Of a stretch of DNA of 56,938 nucleotides, positions 25,295-32,522 are shown piece after piece. The stretch comes from a virus (lineage: Duplodnaviria > Caudoviricetes): IMG/VR virus record IMGVR_UViG_3300022602_000115, positions 1-56,938 of that record; one strand, given 5' to 3'. The notes below the pieces were generated by a model. The model searched no databases and was not told where the DNA came from. It was given only the letters and a program-made list of their open reading frames with translations. The translations under genes and the position numbers were made by a program. Each line of letters begins with the position of its first letter. The stretch's first letter is position 1.

Positions 25295-25776
25295 ACCATA
25301 TAGAAACACACTCGGTGCTGATCAGGCACTTACAGGAATTGAACCTGCCACTCCGGAGTCCAGAGCTGTATCCAACAAACCAATGCGCTTGGTCTGAATG
25401 TGTTTTTATATGGTGTAGTAATTGGGTATCGAACCCAACTAGTCGTTTGTTTTACAAACAGGCGATATCATTTCCTGCCGCCATATGCCCCTCGGGTTTG
25501 CAATCCTGCTACGCATACGGTCAAACAACTTGTCGACCATGACTTACCACCATATAGAAACACACTAGACGAGGCGACCTCGTGGCCACAAGTTCCTGCT
25601 TATCTCTAATGTGTTTTTATATGGTGTTGGATATGTGCATTTATCTACTGTCCAACACAATAGGTCATTTCGTAGCACATTACGCTATGATATTTACTAC
25701 CATATAGAAACACACTAACCTTGAAGAAGCCAGGTATAAATCTAGCAACGAATCAGCCAGTATGTTTTTATATGGT
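25295..25776 (-). repeat. Three cassettes of conserved 18-bp inverted repeats enclosing variable inserts
   Basis: ACCATATAGAAACACACT at 25295, 25549 and 25699, paired with A(A/G)T(G/A)TGTTTTTATATGGT at 25397, 25608 and 25759. Confidence 0.9.
25411..25550 (-). ncRNA. 140-nt tRNA-like RNA (acceptor stem, T-arm and CCA; no anticodon arm)
   Basis: GTGGTAA/TTACTAC-A-CCA acceptor with G3-U70; T-arm TTGGG-TTCGATA-CCCAA; helix AGTTGTTTG/CAAACGACT. Confidence 0.7.
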
Positions 25777-25846
25777 AGGGGCACAGAGAATCGAACTCTG
25801 ATTAATAGGTTAAAAGCCTACTACTTTGCCGTTAAGTTATACCCCC
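25773..25846 (-). tRNA. tRNA-Lys(TTT)
   Basis: Loop CTTTTAA, CCA. Confidence 0.93.
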
Positions 25847-25850
25847 GAAT

Positions 25851-25926
25851 TGGTCCACTCAGTGAGATTCGAACTCACACCTCATTGATTAAGAGTCAAG
25901 TGCGCTACCATTAACGCTACGAGTGG
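25851..25926 (-). tRNA. tRNA-Lys(CTT)
   Basis: Loop CTCTTAA, CCA. Confidence 0.93.
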
Positions 25927-25951
25927 GTTGTCGTAATTAATTTTATTTTAC

Positions 25952-26009
25952 GTGCCAACCCAAGACCAATACGGGATCTTGAGCGACACTAGAGTTTACC
26001 TCGCTTCAT
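25952..26009 (-). other. Minigene MKRGKL-UAG (25989..26009) followed immediately by a ~15-bp hairpin
   Basis: AGGAGA SD; ATG AAG CGA GGT AAA CTC TAG; hairpin GTGTCG-CTCAAGATC/GGTCTTGGG-TTGGCAC. Confidence 0.55.
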
Positions 26010-26138
26010 GTCATTCTCCTGTTAAATTAAAAAAAGATTGGTTGCGATGTTGAGTACCTTACTGGCCAACGCTCAAGTTCATCCAGTCGCTTCTAGGTCA
26101 TAATCTGCGAGTAATTAATTCGCTTCATATCATCACTA

Positions 26139-26218
26139 CCAAACAGAAATGCAATGCCCCACAACCATAGCAGATCATTACCAGCGGACTGCGATTTACG
26201 CAATGCATTTCTGTTTGG
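26139..26218 (-). ncRNA. Putative hairpin RNA starting at the tRNA-Gln CCA
   Basis: Perfect 15-bp inverted repeat CCAAACAGAAATGCA/TGCATTTCTGTTTGG. Confidence 0.55.
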
Positions 26219-26289
26219 CACCCGAGATAAGAATCGAACTTATACTAACAGAGTCAAAGTCTGTTGTGCTACCACTACACCACTCGGGA
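26216..26289 (-). tRNA. tRNA-Gln(TTG); first tRNA of the array
   Basis: Loop CTTTGAC, G73, CCA. Confidence 0.93.
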
Positions 26290-26304
26290 ACATTTGGTAC
26301 GCAA

Positions 26305-26389
26305 ATTTTTAAAGAACAGAAGCAATTATACCTTAATTTATATTAATGTCAAATTTCTTCTTTAATAACCCTACTGGATAGTAGGGTAT
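26305..26389 (-). promoter_or_regulatory. Promoter of the tRNA array with boxA-like element and palindrome
   Basis: TTGACA-N16-TATAAT (26325..26352); downstream TGTTCTTTAAAAA resembles rrn boxA; palindrome at 26364..26389. Confidence 0.65.
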
Positions 26390-26426
26390 AAAACAAAAAA
26401 CCCTCTAGACTTTCATCTTAGAGGGT
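26390..26426 (-). terminator. Intrinsic terminator (candidate attenuator)
   Basis: ACCCTCTA/TAGAGGGT stem followed by TTTTTGTTTT. Confidence 0.85.
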
Positions 26427-26457
26427 AGGATTGATAAAATAAACTTGTTAATTTACT

Positions 26458-26580
26458 TTAGCCATCCCACCCCTCATCATACTCAATCGCTGTGGCAACG
26501 AACTGTGGACGTGAGCATGTCCAGCCACTATTAAGTGGAAGATGTTTATTCAACGATCTGGATATGTTTAACGATTTCAT
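26458..26580 (-). CDS. 40-aa leader peptide containing all 20 amino acids
   Basis: MKSLNISRSLNKHLPLNSGWTCSRPQFVATAIEYDEGWDG; ATG lies 7 nt after a perfect -10 box (leaderless); below the ORF-track cutoff. Confidence 0.75.
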   Translation of the reverse strand: MKSLNISRSLNKHLPLNSGWTCSRPQFVATAIEYDEGWDG

Positions 26581-26587
26581 AGTAGAA

Positions 26588-26662
26588 ATTATACGTCTCT
26601 TTTGTTTAAATGTCAAGTAAATTTAAAAATAACCCTACTTCTTGTAAGGTTATTTATTTATA
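26588..26662 (-). promoter_or_regulatory. Perfect sigma70 promoter, palindrome and T4 late promoter
   Basis: TTGACA-N17-TATAAT (26588..26616); palindrome at 26628..26654; TATAAATA at 26655..26662. Confidence 0.85.
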
Positions 26663-26666
26663 CATC

Positions 26667-26963
26667 TTAGTTCGGCACTAGGACGTATTGTTGATAATTA
26701 TTTTGAGGATTAATCATTAACTGGTAATGATAACCTACAGGTGGCACAGGTAATTGTGGTTGTTGATATACAACAGGTGGTTGCTGGACAATCACTGGTT
26801 GTTGCACAACAACAGGTGGACGAGCAAGTTCATAACCAATCACACCACCAATAACTGCTGGACCAACCCAACCATATGGATGGTATCCATAACCACGATA
26901 GCAACATGCCTCGGCAGATGCAACACCAGATAACAATACTAATGCTAGAATAAGTTTCTTCAC
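26667..26963 (-). CDS. Secreted Pro/Gln/Tyr-rich small protein
   Basis: Signal peptide MKKLILALVLLSGVASAEA; PVVVQQP repeats; AGGAG SD. Confidence 0.75.
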   Translation of the reverse strand: MKKLILALVLLSGVASAEACCYRGYGYHPYGWVGPAVIGGVIGYELARPPVVVQQPVIVQQPPVVYQQPQLPVPPVGYHYQLMINPQNNYQQYVLVPN

Positions 26964-26997
26964 AATTATCTCCTTGTTAGACTTATTATACTACATC

Positions 26998-27005
26998 TAT
27001 TTATA
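26998..27005 (-). promoter_or_regulatory. T4-type late promoter
   Basis: TATAAATA upstream of 26667..26963. Confidence 0.6.
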
Positions 27006-27009
27006 AATG

Positions 27010-28548
27010 TCAAGTTATTTCTGTTCTACCTTTTGTTCCATATGTTGCATAAAATGCCTTCGCCCAACCTTCTGTTGTGTAGCAGGTGTCCATCATTTTC
27101 TTTTTAAATGCTTCTTTTTCTGGAATAATTTTATTCTCATACACATAAATCGCATCTTGAGAGTTCAAATTATAAAGTCTATCTCTAATTTTATCTTTAT
27201 CGAATAGATGTAGAGCCTGTCCAACTGTCAGGAAACTGCCAGCTGAGTAAGCTGAGTAGAGATTGTATTCTCCAAGGATACCATTCCCCCACATATCAAC
27301 ATAATCTTTAACACGATCAGTCCAAGTCGAACGATCTTTTAGTTTTAACCAGTAAGAACTGTCAGTTCGTTTACCTCTGTAATGCAGATTTATAAAATCA
27401 ATCACACCTGTAGTTTGACGAAGCATCTCTTCGTTGTATAATTTCTTTTCTGCAACTCCAGTTTTATTGTATGGATCCCAGTACAAAGAAAGATTAACAA
27501 TACTATGAACAGCAACACCAAGACCATTAGACTCAAGTGGTTCTGCAAATCCAGTACTTATACCAACACCAATGACATTGTTTTTCCAAAATTCAGATGC
27601 CAAGTCTGGCTTATATGTAAACGATGCGATTGGATCAATTTTAATGTTAAATCTTTTTTCAGCTTCTTCAAGAGCCTGATCAGCAGTTATTTCTGTATTG
27701 TCGTAGATATATCCATTTCCGCTTCTATTTCGTATATTGATGTTCCAAGACCATCCATACTTCATAGCAGTTAGTTCAGTGTATGATTTATACTCAACCT
27801 CTTTACCCCACCAACCAAGAACTGATGAAGCAGGAAACTGTTGTGAGTAATCAATATATTTTACACCAAGAGCTTCTTTCAACAACAGTTTAGCAAAACC
27901 AGAACAATCAAAAAACCAATCTCCTTCAATAGAAGTGGCATCATCAAATATCAATGATAAAATATCACCAGTATCTCCATCATATGTATGTTTTACAAAT
28001 TTCTTTTCAAGTAACTTTACGCCTCGCACTAAACCAATCTTCTTAAGATAAGCAGCATTCGCTCTGCTATCGAAATGATACATTGGCATAATATACGCAT
28101 CATATCCTCTCTTGTCAGATGTAACATGAGGGATCATGTTGTTTTCTAAAAGACAATTCCAGTAATATGAATCGGATACGCTAATACCTTTGTCAAGAGT
28201 TATAAGATCATACAATTGATGTGTTATTGGAGCAGATTCTGCAATCTGTTTCTGTCTCTTATTTGTATCGATGACAGAATGTGTGAAAGTATGACCAAGA
28301 TCATACCAATCAACAAACTTTCCACCAAGTTTTGGCATTGCGTTTGTGTTGATAGCCCATTGAAACAAATCAATATCTAACTCTTCGAGCAAATTATTAA
28401 CAGCAAAAGAACCAGACTCTCCTGCAATAATTGGTGGTTTACTTGGATCTTCGACAACAGTTATATCAAGATTTTTCCATTTCTTTTTAAGAAACAAAGC
28501 CGTTAACCAACCAGCAGTTCCGCCACCAAGAATAACAATCTTTTTCAT
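27010..28548 (-). CDS. Flavin-dependent halogenase, tryptophan-halogenase family
   Basis: GGGTAG, IAGES, PKLG (catalytic Lys position), FFDCSGF, WSWNI (WxWxI), FAEPLESNG. Confidence 0.88.
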   Translation of the reverse strand: MKKIVILGGGTAGWLTALFLKKKWKNLDITVVEDPSKPPIIAGESGSFAVNNLLEELDIDLFQWAINTNAMPKLGGKFVDWYDLGHTFTHSVIDTNKRQKQIAESAPITHQLYDLITLDKGISVSDSYYWNCLLENNMIPHVTSDKRGYDAYIMPMYHFDSRANAAYLKKIGLVRGVKLLEKKFVKHTYDGDTGDILSLIFDDATSIEGDWFFDCSGFAKLLLKEALGVKYIDYSQQFPASSVLGWWGKEVEYKSYTELTAMKYGWSWNINIRNRSGNGYIYDNTEITADQALEEAEKRFNIKIDPIASFTYKPDLASEFWKNNVIGVGISTGFAEPLESNGLGVAVHSIVNLSLYWDPYNKTGVAEKKLYNEEMLRQTTGVIDFINLHYRGKRTDSSYWLKLKDRSTWTDRVKDYVDMWGNGILGEYNLYSAYSAGSFLTVGQALHLFDKDKIRDRLYNLNSQDAIYVYENKIIPEKEAFKKKMMDTCYTTEGWAKAFYATYGTKGRTEIT

Positions 28549-28979
28549 TTCATCTTTTCCACATCAATGTAGCACTGGTGAAGAAAATCAATTCCAGATT
28601 GATCGCGATAAGAATTTCTATAAAATAGTTTACGAATACCAGCACCGTAAATCAATTTGGCGCAATCCATACATGGTGCGTGCGTTGTGTAGATATATGC
28701 TCCAATGCCAGACTCACCATCTCTTGCGAGTTTAGTGATGGCGTTCGCTTCAGCATGAATAACTTCTTTCTTTGTAACATCTTCTGCGACCATAGTTTGT
28801 GGATTAACAAAGCGATATTCGCACTCGTTACTCCAGCCAGAAGGTGTTCCATTGTAGCCGATAGAGATGATTCTATTGTCTTTTACAACAACAGCACCAA
28901 CCTTTAATCGTTTAGCAGTTGACAGCTGAGAAAATCTCTCAGCTGTATCCATAAATGCATCATCCCACTTTGTTGTCAT
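28545..28979 (-). CDS. cd: dCMP deaminase
   Basis: VGAVVV, GYNGTP, HAEANAI, PCMDC zinc motifs. Confidence 0.93.
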   Translation of the reverse strand: MTTKWDDAFMDTAERFSQLSTAKRLKVGAVVVKDNRIISIGYNGTPSGWSNECEYRFVNPQTMVAEDVTKKEVIHAEANAITKLARDGESGIGAYIYTTHAPCMDCAKLIYGAGIRKLFYRNSYRDQSGIDFLHQCYIDVEKMK

Positions 28980-29785
28980 TTTCCAAATCCAAAAGGACAT
29001 TTACGTTTTTCGGCAGCATCTTCCGCATCCATTCTATCAAGAGCAGCTTTATCTTTCCAAAATCTAGCCCAGCGTCTTCCTGGTATGAAATTCGGATACA
29101 GAACACTCACTTGATTTTTTTTCATCCAATCATGATGATCAACAAGATGACATTTATATTCTACTTCATTTTCAGTCAATGGTGTAATATGAATTAAAGG
29201 AGTTCCTGCGCTCAATGTAAATGGATCAGCATCATTTCTTACCATAGCATTAACATTTGTTTGACATTGCCAATCATAGAAAGATACTCCTGGAGGAATA
29301 ATTATATCACGATTTAAATTGTTAAGATTCCAAAAAGCAGAATTCCATAAAAATTTAACACCTCTTTTTTCTTGTAGATTCCAAATTCCTATGAATTTAA
29401 TATGCGTATAATCATTTAAGATACCAACAAACTGTTGTCTTGGGTGTTCGTGTAATTTATCAGCATACCAAGGTTCAGTCATAGCCAAAGCACTCTTTCC
29501 TTCCAAATGTGTTTTTGGAGAAAATTTAATGTCTGTCCACATAGGAATTATTGCACCATGTTTATACAATTCATTAATGCCAGTACATTGTTTTATGGTT
29601 GGGGTGTTAATCTCAATATTTGTTTTAGGATCTCTAGGCACATCTTTTGTTACCCATGGGTCCATTTTTTTAATTATTTCTGGATAGTATCTGATAGCCT
29701 TTCTAATTTTAAAAAACTCGTAAGCTACATCAACATAAGTGAAACAATCAACAACAATTTTCGTTTTCTTGGTAAAGAATAACAT
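28976..29785 (-). CDS. Conserved phage hypothetical protein
   Basis: TIKQCTG, GAIIPMWTD, IPPG, AGTPLIHITP, terminal CPFGF; family usually found among oxygenase genes. Confidence 0.7.
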   Translation of the reverse strand: MLFFTKKTKIVVDCFTYVDVAYEFFKIRKAIRYYPEIIKKMDPWVTKDVPRDPKTNIEINTPTIKQCTGINELYKHGAIIPMWTDIKFSPKTHLEGKSALAMTEPWYADKLHEHPRQQFVGILNDYTHIKFIGIWNLQEKRGVKFLWNSAFWNLNNLNRDIIIPPGVSFYDWQCQTNVNAMVRNDADPFTLSAGTPLIHITPLTENEVEYKCHLVDHHDWMKKNQVSVLYPNFIPGRRWARFWKDKAALDRMDAEDAAEKRKCPFGFGK

Positions 29786-29792
29786 AATTTCC

Positions 29793-30338
29793 TTAGATAT
29801 AATTAAAATTTAGAACAACTCTACGCAAAGTATTTACTGGTGATGTAGAAGAATGGTATGTTAATCCATCAAAAACAACAAGTTTGTTTTCTTCTGGAGT
29901 AATTGTTTTGTCGATTGTAACAATACCGTTTAAAGAGTTTTGATAATGGTCATATAACGAACCAAAAGATTTGTCAAATTTTTCTTTGTAAAAAATAGTA
30001 TCACCATCAGAATCGTTTAGGTATATTAAACCAGTTTTGTGTTCTTCTGTCATATCAACATGAGGGTTGCTTTTTACTTGCATATTTGATTTGGTATGCA
30101 TACCAAATCGAATTTTGTATATTTTAGTATAATTATTTTGGAGAGCACTGTTTATAACATCAATACAAGCAGTATAAACTGGTGATACACGCTTACCATT
30201 ATACCAAACAAGGTGCGCCCAGCTTAGATCAGTTCCATTTTCTAGTTCAACAAACCATGGAAAATTAGAATTGTCGAAACAGATATCTTTTAATTTTTTA
30301 AAAATATATGGATCAGAAGCATTATTTTTTATAATCAT
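29793..30338 (-). CDS. Putative 2OG-Fe(II) oxygenase
   Basis: PHVD, IYLNDSDGDT, FDGLTYHSS, RRVVLNFN. Confidence 0.8.
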   Translation of the reverse strand: MIIKNNASDPYIFKKLKDICFDNSNFPWFVELENGTDLSWAHLVWYNGKRVSPVYTACIDVINSALQNNYTKIYKIRFGMHTKSNMQVKSNPHVDMTEEHKTGLIYLNDSDGDTIFYKEKFDKSFGSLYDHYQNSLNGIVTIDKTITPEENKLVVFDGLTYHSSTSPVNTLRRVVLNFNYI

Positions 30339-30549
30339 TTTTTATTCTACTAATTACTTCAGCAGCTTCATGCATACCGTATTTTTCCATATCATCATCA
30401 AACAATTCTTCTTTTGCAAGTTGGATGTTGTTTAATATAATCATTGCTTCTTCATCAGTCATTGAGTTTAACATCATTTTAAACTCATCCTCTTCCAGAC
30501 TTAGAAGGAATAGAATGAAATCTCTATCATCATCCTCTAGATGTCTCAC
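30322..30549 (-). CDS. Small acidic hypothetical protein
   Basis: ORF track. Confidence 0.65.
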   Translation of the reverse strand: MRHLEDDDRDFILFLLSLEEDEFKMMLNSMTDEEAMIILNNIQLAKEELFDDDMEKYGMHEAAEVISRIKNDYKK

Positions 30550-30967
30550 TGGCTTTTACCTTCTTTTCAAGAGGAGGAATGAACCCAGCATCAGTAACAA
30601 GTTTACGTGTAATCTTTGGGTATTTCTTATGAAGTGTTTGATCTTTTGTTGCAATTAAGATTTCTGCCTCAGAAGGATGAACACCTTCAAGCAAAGAGAT
30701 GAATAACGATTCACGCTTCAATGGTTTTAAATCTTCACGGCAAAAAACATACATACGACGCATCTCACCAAATAGATTTGTCGGTGTCATACCCAATGGT
30801 TCAGAAGCAGGTTTGTATGGAGGAGTGCCCTCAGGAAGAATCATTTTCTTTGCTGGGTCAAAAGCATACTCAAAGAGAATTCTTAGAACAGCATCATTTT
30901 TATAATTATCGATACACTTTGGGTCAGCTTGAATTTCATCAAGAATCTGAGTTACATATTTACGCAT
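30530..30967 (-). CDS. Conserved T4-like hypothetical protein (DUF6433-like)
   Basis: LPEGTPPY, KRESLFISLLEGVHPSEAEIL; usual neighbour of rnh. Confidence 0.75.
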   Translation of the reverse strand: MRKYVTQILDEIQADPKCIDNYKNDAVLRILFEYAFDPAKKMILPEGTPPYKPASEPLGMTPTNLFGEMRRMYVFCREDLKPLKRESLFISLLEGVHPSEAEILIATKDQTLHKKYPKITRKLVTDAGFIPPLEKKVKASETSRG

Positions 30968-31860
30968 TAGAAGTCCTCTAGTTCATTCAGTAATAAACGG
31001 CATTGATGTTTCATTAGATAATTCATAATTGACATTTTATCGCCAGTTGGTTTACTACTTATATATGAAGTAACGATAGTTTCCTCAACATCAGGTGGAA
31101 TATTATCGAAATTTACAAGAACTGCATTGCGATGCCAGTTACGTTTCTCTTCATCGCTGCGACAAGCATCAATACCTTTCTCGATAAATTCAGCAAGTCG
31201 TTTTGCGCTCATAGGTTTTTGACGCTCGCCCTTCATAAAGACATCGTCTTTACTTAGAATATTCGGAACCCCATCGCCAGCGTCGCCTTTAACGATATGT
31301 TCAATGATGTATTCTTGAATCTCTTTCTTAGTTGCAGATACATACTTCTTCTGCATTGGAGACCACTGTTTTACAGTAGGATATACGTGCAGTTGTTTAA
31401 AATCTTTATCTGAAGAAAGAATCAAAACCTTTTGTGGTTCTTCAACCAATCCTTCTTGAACAAGTTCATTTTCTTGTGCATATTTTGTCAAAACAGCAAT
31501 AATATCATCTGCCTCGGCACGTTCAATGTGCATAACCTTATACGGAAAATGTTTTGCAAGATCATCACGCATTTCTGAAAGTGTGTCAAAAATTAAATTC
31601 CAATCAAGATCAGATTTCTCACGAGCTGCTTTACGCATACCTTTGTAGTGTTCAAAGTAATCTCTGCGCCAGTACTTACGCCCATCACAACAGATAACAA
31701 TCTGTCCATATTCTTTATCATACTTTTTCTTGTATGATTTAATTGTTGACAGAGTAACATGACGGATAAGGTTTTTAATCTCGGCTGGTGTTCCCTTTAA
31801 CTCTCGTTGGAAAGTTAGAATAGCACTTAACGCTACTTGTGAATAGTCAATTAGAATCAT
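30967..31860 (-). CDS. rnh: T4-type RNase H (5'-3' exonuclease)
   Basis: MILID, YWRRDYF..YK..R, EADDII, SSDKDF.QL, KGDAGDGVPN. Confidence 0.95.
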   Translation of the reverse strand: MILIDYSQVALSAILTFQRELKGTPAEIKNLIRHVTLSTIKSYKKKYDKEYGQIVICCDGRKYWRRDYFEHYKGMRKAAREKSDLDWNLIFDTLSEMRDDLAKHFPYKVMHIERAEADDIIAVLTKYAQENELVQEGLVEEPQKVLILSSDKDFKQLHVYPTVKQWSPMQKKYVSATKKEIQEYIIEHIVKGDAGDGVPNILSKDDVFMKGERQKPMSAKRLAEFIEKGIDACRSDEEKRNWHRNAVLVNFDNIPPDVEETIVTSYISSKPTGDKMSIMNYLMKHQCRLLLNELEDF

Positions 31861-32522
31861 TGTTTAACTTTCATTTCTTTTGGTACTGGATGTTCAGCCA
31901 TGTTTAAAAATATTGAGTTACAATATCTTCCATTTGTGCTTAACGTGTTTGTAAGTTGGGATTCAATTTTTGTAACTTCATGGTATGTTGAACCAGTAAC
32001 AATAACAACTCTGTTATGTTTGAATTCTATCTCTGCAATTTTGTCAGAGTTGCAAGAGTATACTTTTAAATTACCACCAGTAAATTGTTTTGGTTCTTTA
32101 GAAAACCAATTTAAAACTGTAAATGTAGTCTGATCAGTATGTGGTTTATAGTAATCTGAATTCTCATAATAGGAAACTAGATGAGTTCTAGAATCACAAT
32201 GGTAAAGTATTTTATAAAATGTGCTGAATTCGTATAGTTTATTTCTAACTTCTTCTTTTAAGAAATTATCCATTGCATATTTTATCAATGCTGAATGTTT
32301 CCAATTTTTAAAAACTTCCTCTAAGAAAACACCACGCTTAGATGTAAACACCTCTCCAGTTTCGACATTAACAGAAGATCCAAGAGATTCTCCTTGGCTT
32401 AACATTACTGATGGTTTCGTTAACCATTGCAATTCAAGCATTATCTCTTTTAATTGATCTTCTGTATAAAAATTATCTATTACAACAGCATCTATACCGT
32501 CACCTACAAAATTAAATTCCAT
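31857..32522 (-). CDS. 2OG-Fe(II) oxygenase, prolyl-4-hydroxylase-like
   Basis: YYKPHTD, FTGGNL, YHEV, GRY. Confidence 0.85.
   Translation of the reverse strand: MEFNFVGDGIDAVVIDNFYTEDQLKEIMLELQWLTKPSVMLSQGESLGSSVNVETGEVFTSKRGVFLEEVFKNWKHSALIKYAMDNFLKEEVRNKLYEFSTFYKILYHCDSRTHLVSYYENSDYYKPHTDQTTFTVLNWFSKEPKQFTGGNLKVYSCNSDKIAEIEFKHNRVVIVTGSTYHEVTKIESQLTNTLSTNGRYCNSIFLNMAEHPVPKEMKVKQ

Noticed and set aside
25411-25550. Canonical tmRNA
   Set aside because: Far too short, with no evident pseudoknots. A GCA AAC-starting frame exists but runs into the closing helix and has no degradation-tag-like end.
25295-25776. CRISPR array
   Set aside because: Only three units; they are paired inverted repeats with irregular periods (254 and 150 nt); no cas genes in the window.
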